Positions 36,774-49,525 of a stretch of DNA of 64,000 bases are shown piece after piece. Both the position numbers and the translations under genes were made by a program. Source of the DNA: Zootoca vivipara (taxonomy: Eukaryota). Every line of letters begins with the position of its first letter. The first letter of the stretch is position 1. Location: NCBI RefSeq assembly GCF_963506605.1, contig NC_083284.1, forward strand, positions 62,806,001-62,870,000. Direction: 5' to 3'. The notes under the pieces were generated by a model that was not told the origin of the DNA, did no database searches, and saw only the letters and a program-made list of their open reading frames with translations.

Positions 36774-38665
36774 TTGCAATAAAGGAAAAGGCTTAAAAAA
36801 ACACCCCACGTTATTCTGGAATACTAGCTGAATAATGGGGGGGCACCCCAACAACTATATCTGTTTAAATGGTAAGTGTAAACTGGACAATGAACAATTA
36901 GCAGCAAAGATTGGCTTCTGGCCATAAGACTGGGGACTCCTGACCATGTTATAACATTTCTGTCTCCCAGTTGCATAGTAAAAATTAAGTCTGCAAATTC
37001 AAAAAGGTTTATTTGTGTGGAGCTAGCTGGAAAGTATTCAGGTATTCAATAAGTTATTTTTATTTACCTCCCCTTAATGCTCCACCTCCTCTCCTCCAAA
37101 AAAAAGTTTAGCAGTACAGACATACTGGTACTTAAAACTGAATCTTGTGTTTTAATGTTTATTGCAGCTTGCGAATAGATTAAGCAATGCTATTTCCAAG
37201 GGTACTGTATAGCCATTTTAAATGAATGGAAAACTCAATAATATATTATCCAAAAAAAAGCAAAAAGCAAAACTGTGTCATATGCACTGTATAATGTTTT
37301 TTAAAGCTGTTGAAAACAGCATTTTATAATATGTTATGGAGATAGACTGAAAAGGGTAGCTGGATGAATTCTTGGGGTAGAAAACTTTGCCTTGTACGCA
37401 CTCACCTTCCAAGTCTCTACCAGAACTTCCTTTTAAAGCAGCTGCCATTGAGACAGTTCGCATGGGAACTCAGTGGTCAGTCACTACAACCACCACCACA
37501 ACGTTGTTCATGAGTCATGACAGATCATTCCAGGCCTGAACAGAGTTGCTCCAGAGGGAGGCCAAACTGTAAATTGCCTCTTTGGGGCCCAGAGCTTTAG
37601 TAGACTTGCTGTTCCTATGAGGGCTAATTTCTCTGAGAAGAAGGCAGCCAATCAAGCAGGAAAAGTCGCATTAAAAACACACACAACACACACAACAACA
37701 ACAACAACAACAACTTTGGAGCTGGTTGCCAAAAAAGTAGAGGACAAGGTCACACCTCAACAACTTTAATGTAAGATATTGCGTCTGAATGCATGGCTTT
37801 TATGTGGGGCCTTGCTCTTGGAGGACCTACCAGAAAATGTGGACTCCTCCAGGACTATCAGAAACTGTGGGCTCTTCCCCACACCCTCACATCAAACCCA
37901 ACATGGGCTCTGCCCAGGCCATGTTGAGATAGCATAATATTAACTGGCAATCCTATCCAAACCACAGAAAAGTTATATAATACATCCAATGTTACAGAAC
38001 TGAAGGATACTTTTGTATTTTATGAATTTTTTGGGGCTTGGATTCACTGACATTGAAACAGTGACACAGCCCCTCAAAAAAAAAATCAAAGAAAAATAAA
38101 GCCATTGAACCTCCCCAAAAGTTCTGTCTCATGACACTGCAGAAGCTGCAAAACTGCTGGGCTTGAGGAATGCAGCATTAGAAAATGGCAACAAAAACCA
38201 CAGCTGACCATGCTAGAGTGAACGTTCCTCAGGTACCTATTGTGCATTGACCATATGGGTCAGGTCAGCCATACTCTTTGCTTTCCTTCCATCTGACATC
38301 TCCTCAGATCTGTGTGTAGTTACTGGTGCAACTCCTTCAGTTTATGGCAGCATGACAAGGGCTCCACAACACTCTGCTTCCATGGCTTGGACTGTTCTGC
38401 TACCTTAAAGGTCCTGGTGGAAATGAACAAACAATGGTAGTCTTTAGTTCCAAGCATTCAGAGGGAACACAGGGAACACATGAGTGGTGCCATGCCATTG
38501 CCTCATATCTAGAAGTCAGGGTTCATTTTCCTCTTGAATCAGGAAGGGGGGGGGGGTTACTTGACCCTCTTCACTAAACACTACACTCATGCATTGGCAA
38601 CTCAGTGCTTGGCACCAATGGGCAATGTAGGTCAAAGAAAGCACAGAGCCAAGGGGATCAAGCTA

Positions 38666-38847
38666 CTGTATATTCCTGCGTATAAGACTACTTTTTAACA
38701 CAGGAAAATCTTCTCAAAAGTCGGGGGTCGTCTTATACGCCGGGTCATATTTCTTATACGGCATGTATATCCCAAACTCTATATTTTAAGTGGAAAAGTT
38801 GGGGGTTGTCTTATACACCCAGTCGTCTTATACGCCGGAATATACAG
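38666..38847. mobile_element. Tc2-like MITE
   Basis: TA TSD; TIR CTGTATATTCC.GCGTATAAGAC. Confidence 0.87.
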
Positions 38848-38875
38848 TACTTCTCGCTTTTATTCACTTGCCACA

Positions 38876-39077
38876 CTTATTATTAAATTTGCAGGCCACC
38901 CTTCATCCGAAGATCCTATGGCAGTTCACGACAGAAAAATACAAAACGAGAATACAAAATACATAATAAAAAACAAACAAACCACTAACCACCCACCTTC
39001 CACAAACACATTTAAAAAGCCACAGAGTGCTAATCAGCCAAATGCATGGTTGGAGAGATATGTTTTCGCCCGACACC
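38876..39077 (-). mobile_element. Degenerate L2-type 3' fragment
   Basis: Resembles lizard L2 3'UTR ends. Confidence 0.5.
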
Positions 39078-40158
39078 TTCCAGTACCTTCACAATCTGGG
39101 ACGTTGTGTACAGCCTGTGTGATTTTGGCAGTTCCTCTTCCTCCTGAGTCAGCTCCAAGGAGATTGTCTGGGACTAAAAGGTTTATTTTAGCCACGAGGC
39201 TGTAGCTCCAAGGAGGAGATGGGTAAACAGTGGGCCACTTGGTGGTTATCCACGGGCCAGATTTAGCTCATGAACCAGCAGGTCTTTACCACTACATCCT
39301 GGCTGTACTTTAAGAAGTCAGGTTAGGGAAGATGCCTGTCTGTGGAGGGAGGTGGCAAACCATCTGCCTCTGGTAGGAACTGAAGCTGGAATTGTGTGTT
39401 TGCTTAAGGGGCTTTAAGGTGTTCTGGGTGTTACTTTTTGTGGGAAGATCCCAATGTCACCACTGAATGGTTAGACGTCTGTTAGTTTTATTTTGAAGCA
39501 AAGTGTCTAAACTTAGAACCTGGTAAGAAATAGGAAAAAGAAATACAAAAACAAAAGGCCAAACAATCATGCAATTTGTAGCAGCTGTGTGTATAGCCCA
39601 TACATGGAAGCACAGATTCATACCAAAGATGTCACAACATGAACTGCTCCAACCACGACCTCAGTGTTAGCCCCTGAAATGAATGCATGGAAGCCACCAG
39701 CTAGTGTGAACTTGCTTGCAGAATGAGGAAGGGTGACCTCTCTTCCACCCAGCCTCTGCTGTGAGCTTGAAGCAGGAAAGCAACCCTAAGGCAAAAAAAA
39801 GCAACAACAACAAAACCCTAAAGGGTGTGTGTGAAATGCCACATATAGTTGGCCTTTCTTTGAATTCATGTGCAGAAAATGCAGCCATCCTATCAAAAAA
39901 ATCTCCTCATCCACATGAAACACCAGAATAACATTAACATCAGAAAAAAAGCTTTTTCCAGATTGGATTGATGCTTCATCTGACCCAGTTCCAAAATAAT
40001 CAAACTTGTAGCTTTCATTACTTTTGGAATTGCCACAGATACACCATTGACTACATAACAATACATTAATAGCACCACTGATGATCCTGTCTGCATCACA
40101 CTGAAAACAGATTTTTTAAAAATGTTGGCCAATATGATATCAAATTGAATGTTCAGGT

Positions 40159-40248
40159 CATAGCTGTCAAGTTTTCCCTTTTCTCACGAGGAAGCCTATT
40201 CAGCATAAGGGAATTTCCCTTTAAAAAAGGGAGAACTTGACAGCTATG
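40159..40248. mobile_element. 90-bp palindromic hAT MITE
   Basis: TIR CATAGCTGTCAAGTT; perfect TSD GTTCAGGT. Confidence 0.9.
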
Positions 40249-42552
40249 GTTCAGGTTTTAATCAAGAAGTTTCATTTGATTTCCTATTCTTTTCTTCTTC
40301 TTCTTGGATTTTGTGTTTGTTCTCAGTAACCACTAAATCATATCCTAGTGTTTCCTCCAAGATGAGATATGGTTTGGGCATCATTAAAATTATAAAAATG
40401 ATATCTACTAGGAAATGCAGTTTTGCACAACTTATTTCATAATAAGCAATTTCTGTAGAAATTAACCGTTGGTGTCTATGAGAGATGTTATTGGTGGAAA
40501 CAGTTAAAAATAAAACTTAGAGAAGGTATTTAGAAGAAAGTTCACTCTCGTCCCCAATCCCAGTCTCTCAGCTAAAAATTCAAGTGAGAAAATGCAGTGG
40601 GAGCATCTCCAGAGTTATAAACTATTTTGAAATATAAGCTGCAGATAAAGTACTCCCCACACTTGCAGCTATTTCTGTGAAGGCAAACTAAAGAGGTTCC
40701 AATTTCCTGACACGACTTTCAGAAATGTCTCAGGCTTGGATTGCAATTGGAGACCCGCACACACCTCAACACTGTTTGTACTGGCAGATGCATTCAAGAG
40801 CAGTTCTTAGCAATCAACAGGCAAATAAAACATGATGAATGGAACTGAGATCTTTATATCTTGTGTTGCACAGTCTGGAATACCATGTTACACCTGTACT
40901 TTTAAAGCACAACCCTGAGACTACAATCCTGTGTACACTTACTTAGGACTAAGCCTTACTGAATTCAGTGAGACTTATTTCCAAGTAAATATTGTTATGA
41001 GTAAATGACTCAGAAACAATTTTCAATAACACCACCAATGTGTGACAAAAAGACTAGAAAGTAATATAAGCTTTTCTCTCTTTGTTTCTGTGTTTGATCC
41101 ATAATAGAAACTTGGGGTGCAACACTTTACAAACTTATATGGGAATAAATATGATTGAACTCAATGGTACTTCTGAGTTGATGTACAGCATTGCACTACA
41201 AATCTATGTTCCAGTCAACATAAATTTCATATCTGCATCAGACAGATTTAAGTAAAGTCGATTAAATGTGCTTAAGACAAGGATATCAGTACAGTATGCT
41301 TATCCTTTGCTTTTAAAGTATTCAAAGCCAGTATCTTTGGCCTTTTGAGAACATGATCAGAACTTTGACATAAATGCATGTTACAAAACTGAAATAGGAT
41401 TTACATAAAATAGACATAATGCAGCTGATTAAGTAACCAGCTGATTAAGTAACCTCAGTCCCTCTGATTTTAACTGGAATGATGTAACTGCTTACTTTTC
41501 CAATCAAATAGGTTACTATGCCCATGGGTCCTTTGAAATGAACACAACAGAGTCTAAGGGTATTTGCTCCATGCCTTAAATCAGCAGCCTCTGCCCTAAT
41601 ACAGTAGCTCTAATCAATCTTAATTTTTATTCATGTTATTGTTTACAATGAAGACCATTGCAACATGGGGACCAATACAAGAGTGAGACTCGTCTGCCTT
41701 GTAGCATAGTGTACATAATTTAACAAGTATTCAATAGAAATGAAAATAAAAGAAAATTTTATTAAAACAATGGTTATCCTAGTAACTTAAAACTTTTGCC
41801 TCCTGGCTGAGTCCTTATGAATATACACAGATAGGCTGGCACTGTTCTAGCTTTGTTCACAGGATTGTCGTCCACATTAGAGAATATAACTGAAAATCAG
41901 ATTGTGATAATATCATTTTACTTCCTTGTCCGCTTGTGACTAACTGTTGACAGCTTTTCCATTATCAATAAATGCTAACTCTTTATTAGCTATGCTTATG
42001 TTGCATGGAGATAGGTCAGATTTCCTTAACATTGCAATTATTTGTTTTGAAGCTGGTAAAGTTAACAGTTTTTGATGCAGCTGGAAACCCTTATGCCTCT
42101 AAATCTCAGCATGCATGCAGAGAAGACATTTCACGTCCTATAGAAAAGACTGTAAAATCTATTATTTAGCAATAAGTGCTGAGTTTTAAAGAGTTTTAAA
42201 GCTCGGTGGTGTCCACCACCAGAATCCACTCTGATTTTTGCCATGGCCTTTTCCTAAGGAAGTAATGTGATAAAATATTGCTAAATATCTGCATCCTACA
42301 TATTCGGTGTCTGAACGTTGAACATTTTCAAATGCCATAGCTCCACAGTGTGGCTGTTTTAGGGAACTGCAGCACAACAAGGCATCTTAGGGATGCAGAG
42401 AAAAGGGAGACATGAAAGAGGGCAGGATACTGGCAGGGGAAAACCAGTGGGTGGAAAGGTGAGTTGCTTAATCTCACCAATTAACTGTATGTGTGGTGGG
42501 AAATTGGGATTGTGGCCCACATTCCCCATAATATAACTTCTGTGGCACACAG

Positions 42553-42768
42553 AAGCCGTTTAACCGGCCCACAAGCCGCCCCCGAACCGAGCCACCCACT
42601 TGGTGAGTCCCCACACACTGTGCTGGAAATCACTTCTGCACATGCCCAGACGCTGAAAATCACTTCTGCGCAGGTGTGATTTCCGGCATCGCGCTGCACT
42701 GGTCTGGCACACGGAGGATCTCCACAGGAGTGATCCGGCCCATGCCTTGTAAGCCTTGCCGACCCCTG
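42553..42768. mobile_element. Truncated hAT MITE (right end only)
   Basis: Ends GCCGACCCCTG; internal layout resembles 19060-19449. Confidence 0.6.
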
Positions 42769-45492
42769 ATTTAGAACATCAAACTGGACTCACATTTTTC
42801 TCTGACCTAAAACATTTCTATTTCTAGCCAGTACTAAGGACATTTACAGCAAACATGGGACAAATCCCGATCTGCAAGTGATCGCAACTGGGTACTGCTA
42901 TACTTAATTGCCCAATTGTAATACGACACTAACTGTACTCTTCGCCTCTAGGCAAAACAAAGCTTATGTTTATGCAACTGCACTTTTACTCTTCCCTATC
43001 TCATCCCTCCTTGCCTATCATGTCCCTAAGACAGTTCGGAGGATATGCTGGAAGCCAACTTTTTTTTGGGGGGGGGGGGGGACTCTTGGTCCTAATAGTT
43101 ACTTCAAATCATTATTGAGGAACTGGGATCAAACAAAGGCTGGTTACAGTATAAGCCAGCTATACAAGCCTCAAAATTATGAATTTTTCTCAAAACACAT
43201 TCCCAAAAAATATTATTCTAAATTGCAGATTGGAATCAGGTTGACAAAGGTGAAATACAAATTGGGTGCTATTATAATTCCGTTTTTGCATCCTAAGCAA
43301 CAAATATATTTGGCTGTTCAGAAAAAAAAACCCTGGGTGGTCTACACGGACCCCATGCAGTCCACGGACCACCAGTTGGGAACCACTGCTGTATCTTATT
43401 GTTTTTCAGTCTTTTGGTTAAGATAAAGAATAATAAAATGCACCTGTGTGGTGGCCCTCTTTTCCGCTATTCCAACTCCCGCTACAAAGTTGCATTCTTT
43501 TACTTGGGCTTCTAAATTGACTTGGTGTAAAAAATTGGAAAACCAAATATTTCCCCAAACTCTGAACTTTAGATACTGAGTGAAGCAACAGCTCAAAATT
43601 GTGTTAACAGGGCAGAGCCATTTGAAAATATTGGTGGATAATTTTTAACAGCTTTTTGACAATTCACGATTTCTCAATTTCAAGAAATAAAAGACTTTGT
43701 GGGATTTTTCAGTCGTAGACATTTTGTTAGCTTGCATGGGAAAAGGGGCTTCTAATAGCTGGAACATTATATGAATACCTGTTAGATTGTAAAACCCATT
43801 GAAATCCAGAAATGTTTCATAAAAATCAAGATAGGGCAGCTTTTTCAACCTGAGGGCCACATTACCTCAGAGAGAAGCTTGTGGGGGCCATGTGCCCATG
43901 GTAGGTGGCACCAGAGGCAAAAGTGGGCATAACATTGGTTATGACTGCTTCCTTTATACATTCCAGCCATGCAAATGCAGGTGTTTCTATATACACCCCT
44001 TCATATGCCATCTAGAATGCAAGAAGCATTATTAGAGGTCAATGATACATTCCAGTCAAGCAAAAGCACTAAGGAAACATATAGTGAGGGGAGGGATAGC
44101 CACAGGAGAGTATTCTGCCTCTGGGCTTGAGGTTTCCCAGCCCAATATAAATACGGTATAAGCCCACCTTGCAGAAGGGCCTGTTGACCAGCAATTAATA
44201 GGCCAGGATGTGTTTATTGTTTGGCCAGGCAAGAATAAGTTTCTCAAGATACTTCCTATGAATGTTTGTGGAATTAAATATCAAAGGCAAACACTTCAAT
44301 AGCATTCTGAGATCAAAGGTTTTAAGAAGGCTTGTTTTCTCATTGAAGCAAAATCACCTGATGCTGAAATTGTTTGACTGGCCTCTGTAGAGGAGATCAA
44401 AGACTAATGAATAAGATTTGGCGATATAAAACTAACTTGTATTTTTGTATTTCCCGAGATAGAGAATCTATACCTGCATAGAACCTAAGGGACCTCATAT
44501 GAATGTCTACTATTTCCCCTATCAGTCTGTCGTAAAACTCTTTCAACATGCAGGAAATGATGGGTTAATCACCAGCAATTGGTTTCTCTATCTCTCTCTC
44601 TCTTTCTCCTCCCTCCTTTTATTTTATTGCTTTGTATACTACCTAGCCTTATTAAGAGTTCAGGAGAACCCAAAAGATTGTGCATTGCTTTGTTGGTTGG
44701 CCTAATAAAGATACTGTCCTAATATGGACATTGGATTTTTTCATTTCAACCAACCATTGCCTTTTGTATTGTATAGTTATACTTTCATCTGATAATTTAA
44801 CTCTAAAGCTTGTATAGACCTGTATACTTTCTCTCCTCCATGCACATGCTGTTGACTCCTTCCTAATTCAGGCATACCATCCTTTGCATGGTTTACATAA
44901 ACGATTTGGACATTGGGAAAGCCATGCTTTATGCAAGCCTTTTTTTTTTAAATAAACTTTATTTGGAATTATTTAAAATACACACACTCACAAACATACA
45001 CATACACGTATAACGTCAAAATAAAGAAAAACAAAACTAATATAATACAAAAAAAGAAAATAAAGAAAAACCTTATATTTGAAAACAATCACTTACACAA
45101 AGTAAGAATAAGACATAACAGAATCCAAATAATATTTGTAAAGTATCCAAATCATAATTATAACAAAAATTTTAACGTGAGAGTCTTAATCATCAAACAG
45201 AAGATTTAAAATAGAAGCAAATAATGAATAAACAAATAATGAATAAACAAATCAAATATCTCTTCATACAGTCATTCATACTCAACCCCCTAATTTATGG
45301 ACTCTGGTCCAATTCATCTTAACCATTAAATCTGTTAAGAGAAACTTAAATACCCTCCCCATACCCTCCACCCTGATGACTTCCAGTCATTCCTGTATGT
45401 TGATTTTCTTTCTTTGTTCTGATGCATGCTTAATACAATTTCCTCCTGCCCCTTAATTTCCTTGCCCTTCATATCTCTGCCTCAAGATTCGC

Positions 45493-48400
45493 TCATTTTA
45501 CCTTATTTTTCATATATGATTCAAAAGATTCCCAATTTTTACCCGCTTTTTCCCTACCCAATCCTTTTGATATCCCATTTCGAATAGCCAAATTCTTATA
45601 TCCCACTAATTTCATCAGCCAATCTTTAATATTTGGGATTTTGTCACTTTTCCAATTTTGTGCAATTAGAATTCTGGCGGCTATAGTGCTGTACATTACC
45701 AAACATCTATCTTTGGCCTTAATTTCTTCGCCTACCATGCTCAAAAGAAATATCTCCGGTTCTTTCTTAAATGATGTCTTAATTATCTTTTTTAACTCCT
45801 TATATACCTCATCCCAAAAATTTCTTATTTTCTTACACCACCACCAGACATGTATAAATGTTCCGATCTCCTCCCCACACCTCCAACAGGTATTGTTGTT
45901 TCCCTTGTATATCTTTGCCAGGCGCACCGGGGTTAGATACCACCTAAATTGCATTTTATAAATATTTTCCTTCAAATCATAACTAATAACCATTTTAATA
46001 TCCCTTAACCACAATTTTTCCCAACTTTCATACATTATTGGTTTGCCCACATCCTGCGCCCATTTAACCATTACGTCTTTTGTTAATTCATCTTTAGTCT
46101 CCCACTCCAGAATCAATTCATACAATTTTTTTATAAATTTATTTCCCCCTTCCAATATTATTTTCCCAAATTTAGACATTTCCTTTTCGAAACCAATTGT
46201 CTTATCTTTTTTAAATCTTTCGTTAATTTCAAAATATTGTAGCCACACATTACAATGTCTTCTAATTTCATTATAATCCTTTAATTTTAAATGTCCATCC
46301 CGCTCCTCTATTAATTCATTATATATCGGCCAATTACTTTCCATATTTACTCTTTTAACTGAAATTATTTCTTTAGGTGATATCCACCGTGGTGTCCTTG
46401 GTTCCAATATCCCCCTGTATTTTACCCATGTTTTATAAATTGACTTCCTGATGATATTATTCCATAAGGCATTATGTGCATTCAGTTTTTCTCTTAATAG
46501 GTGCCAATGCCAGCCGAACCCCAGTCCGGCACCCTCCAGGTCCAAAATTTCACTGTCTTTTAGCTCAATCCATTCTTTTAGCCAGAGCAGGGCGGCCGCA
46601 TCATGGTATAATTTAAGATCCGGTAAATTTAGTCCACCTCTTTCCTTTTTGTCAATTAATACTTTATATCTGATCCTCGGCTTCTTTCCATCCCAAATAA
46701 ATTTACTGATATCTTTTTTCCAAATCTCGAAGCATTTAGACAATGCCAAAATTGGTAGGTTTTGAAATAAAAACATCATCATCGGTAACACACTCATTTT
46801 AATGATGGAGATCCTACCTAACAGCGAAATTTTTAACTTAGTCCAGATTTCCATTTTCCTTTTGATCTCTTTCCAAGTTCTTTCGTAATTGTCTTGAATT
46901 AGATTTATATTATTTGCTGTCATGTGGATTCCTAAATATTTTATTTTTCTCTTAATTTCAATGCCAGTTACCTCTTGTAATTCTTTCTTTTCTGCTTCTT
47001 CCATATTTTTTGTTAAGATACCACTCTTGTTATAATTTATTTTAAATCCGGCTAATTTCCCAAATTCGTTAATCTTTTCCAATGTTTTAGGGATGCTTTT
47101 TAGGGGGTTTTCGGTGGTGACGATTAAATCGTCCGCATATGCCCTAACTTTATATCTTTTCGCTCCCAATCTGATCCCTTCTATTTCTTTTTCTTCTCTT
47201 ATTTTCTTTAGCACAACTTCCAGAACTATGATGAATAATAAGGGGGACAGGGGGCACCCTTGCCTTGTGCCTTTATAGATTTTAACCTCTCCAGATGTTA
47301 TCCCATTTATTACAATTCTTGCCCTTTGATCTTCATATATTGTCCCTATTGCTCTTCTCAGCCTTTCTCCGAGTCCTAGTTCCTCTAACACTTTCTTAAG
47401 AAATGCCCACGATACCTTGTCAAAGGCCTTTTCGGCGTCAATTGTTAATATTGCCGCTTGTTTCCCTCTATTACTCTCCAGATATTCAATAATATTAACA
47501 ATATTTCTGATGTTATCCTTAATCTGTCTGCCTTTGACAAAACCGGCCTGGTTTTCATGTACGATTTCTTTTAGGACTAAATTTAGCCTATTGGCCAGGA
47601 CTCCTGCGTAGATTTTATAATCATTGTTTAGAAGGGATATGGGCCTATAATTTGCTGGAGATTCCAAATCACTATTCTGCTTAGGTATTAGAGTTATAAT
47701 TGCGTCTCTCCAGGAATCCGGTGTCCCACCTTTTTCTAAAATCTCATTAATTAATTTTTTCAGTGGTGTCATTAATATATCTTCTAATTTTTTATAATAT
47801 TCTATTGGTAGGCCATCGGGCCCTGGGGACTTTCCAATTTTCATTTTTTGAATTACTTCTCTAATTTCCGACTCGTTTATACTTTCATTCATTTTCCCCA
47901 TTTTTTCTTTCATAATTTTTGACAATTTGGCATTACTTATATACTCTTCTATTTCCTTTTCGTTTTCGTTTTCTTTCCTATATAAATCTGTATAGAAGTC
48001 CTCAAACACTTTCCTTATTTCTTTAGGTCTTTCTACCACCCTTCCCCTTATTTTTAATTTGTTAATTATCCTTTCGCTTTTCCTTTTCTTTATTTGCCAG
48101 GCAAGTAACTTGCCTGGTTTGTTGGCCCATTCAAAGTGTTTATACCTCCAGAATTGTGCTTCTTTTTCCATTTCTTGCTCTATTAGATTTTCGTACTCTA
48201 ATCTTAAAATTTTAATCTCTTGTTCTATATCATTTTTTTTAAACTTATATAATAATTTCTCCTTCCTTTTTATCTCCTCCATTAACTCTATTTTCTTAAT
48301 TTCTTTTAATTTCCTTTCAATTTTACTTTGCTGGACGAAATACCCCCTAACCACCGCTTTTCCTGCATCCCATATTGTTTTCAATTCTACCTCCCCGTTA

Positions 48401-49218
48401 CAGTTGAGCTCAAAATATTCCTTCATTAAATCACGTGCTCCCTGTACAACCTTTTCATTGTGCAGTAGGAAGACATTCATCCTCCACCTTCTGCTTTTTT
48501 CTTGTTCCATTTCCTCTAAACAGAGGGTTACTGGGCTGTGGTCGGTCAAAGTCTTGGGGAGTATCTCTACTCTCCCAATTTTTGTTGTTAATTCCTTAGA
48601 CATCCAGATCCCGTCTATTCTACTTGCTGTCTGGTGCATGGAGGAGTAGTAGGTGAATTCTTTTTTAATCGGGTATTTATGCCGCCACGCATCGACCAAA
48701 TCTAGATTTTCCACCATATTGTTGAAACTTTTGGGGAGTTTAATTTCTTTCCTTTTTCCCCTATTTACTGATTTGTCTAATTCTGGCTCTTGGACCCCGT
48801 TGAAGTCTCCCATGATCAATATTTTTTTTTCCATACGTTCAAATAATTTCTCTTCCATAACTTGGAAGAAACTACCTTTGCCCCCATTGGGCGCATATAT
48901 TCCTGCAATTAGCCATTTTATTCCTTCAACTTTTATCTCCACCATTATTATTCTCCCGTCTTGATCTTTCCATATCAAATTTGGTTCCCATTTTCTTTTA
49001 ATGTATATCACAACTCCTCTTTTCTTTTTATCTGCGGCTGTCACAAATGCTTTCCCCAATTTTTCATTTTCCAAAATCTTTTCGTGTTTTTTATTAATAT
49101 GCGTCTCCTGGAGACAAATTATATCCCAATTAGGTTTTTTTAGTACATGTCCCAATTTATTCCTCTTTTTTTTATTATTTAGGCCATTCACATTCCATGA
49201 GATTGTTTTAAGCTTCAT
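45493..49218 (-). CDS. L1 ORF2p (APE endonuclease, reverse transcriptase, C-terminal CCHC motif)
   Basis: 1241 aa uninterrupted; WNVNG, LQETH, GDFN, SRID, TDH; GTRQGCPLSP, YADD; CWRC-x8-H-x4-C. Confidence 0.97.
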   Translation of the reverse strand: MKLKTISWNVNGLNNKKKRNKLGHVLKKPNWDIICLQETHINKKHEKILENEKLGKAFVTAADKKKRGVVIYIKRKWEPNLIWKDQDGRIIMVEIKVEGIKWLIAGIYAPNGGKGSFFQVMEEKLFERMEKKILIMGDFNGVQEPELDKSVNRGKRKEIKLPKSFNNMVENLDLVDAWRHKYPIKKEFTYYSSMHQTASRIDGIWMSKELTTKIGRVEILPKTLTDHSPVTLCLEEMEQEKSRRWRMNVFLLHNEKVVQGARDLMKEYFELNCNGEVELKTIWDAGKAVVRGYFVQQSKIERKLKEIKKIELMEEIKRKEKLLYKFKKNDIEQEIKILRLEYENLIEQEMEKEAQFWRYKHFEWANKPGKLLAWQIKKRKSERIINKLKIRGRVVERPKEIRKVFEDFYTDLYRKENENEKEIEEYISNAKLSKIMKEKMGKMNESINESEIREVIQKMKIGKSPGPDGLPIEYYKKLEDILMTPLKKLINEILEKGGTPDSWRDAIITLIPKQNSDLESPANYRPISLLNNDYKIYAGVLANRLNLVLKEIVHENQAGFVKGRQIKDNIRNIVNIIEYLESNRGKQAAILTIDAEKAFDKVSWAFLKKVLEELGLGERLRRAIGTIYEDQRARIVINGITSGEVKIYKGTRQGCPLSPLLFIIVLEVVLKKIREEKEIEGIRLGAKRYKVRAYADDLIVTTENPLKSIPKTLEKINEFGKLAGFKINYNKSGILTKNMEEAEKKELQEVTGIEIKRKIKYLGIHMTANNINLIQDNYERTWKEIKRKMEIWTKLKISLLGRISIIKMSVLPMMMFLFQNLPILALSKCFEIWKKDISKFIWDGKKPRIRYKVLIDKKERGGLNLPDLKLYHDAAALLWLKEWIELKDSEILDLEGAGLGFGWHWHLLREKLNAHNALWNNIIRKSIYKTWVKYRGILEPRTPRWISPKEIISVKRVNMESNWPIYNELIEERDGHLKLKDYNEIRRHCNVWLQYFEINERFKKDKTIGFEKEMSKFGKIILEGGNKFIKKLYELILEWETKDELTKDVMVKWAQDVGKPIMYESWEKLWLRDIKMVISYDLKENIYKMQFRWYLTPVRLAKIYKGNNNTCWRCGEEIGTFIHVWWWCKKIRNFWDEVYKELKKIIKTSFKKEPEIFLLSMVGEEIKAKDRCLVMYSTIAARILIAQNWKSDKIPNIKDWLMKLVGYKNLAIRNGISKGLGREKAGKNWESFESYMKNKVK

Positions 49219-49525
49219 TTTATTAAATTCTCAATTTTCAATTTATTATCAATTTATTTGGCAAAAAGAAAGAGAGAGAGAAATTAATCTCTCTTATTAA
49301 TAAAAAGGAAAAAAAGAAGAAAAGGGAAGAAAACTTACAGCTTCCCACTCCTTCCTTCCTTTCATTCACTAATACAACAGAAAACGGAACAGAGAAAAAA
49401 CACCAATACCACAACAAAAGAAGCATTTGTTTCGGGGGAGATTCTAGTATCCATTGTTCTTAGAGGTGTAAAGTATTATTTCCCTTAAACCCCCTTGTGA
49501 CTCCCATTGTCAGTTATTAAATATC

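Noticed and set aside
41422-41453. 16-bp direct duplication CAGCTGATTAAGTAAC
   Set aside because: Ordinary local slippage; no evidence of function
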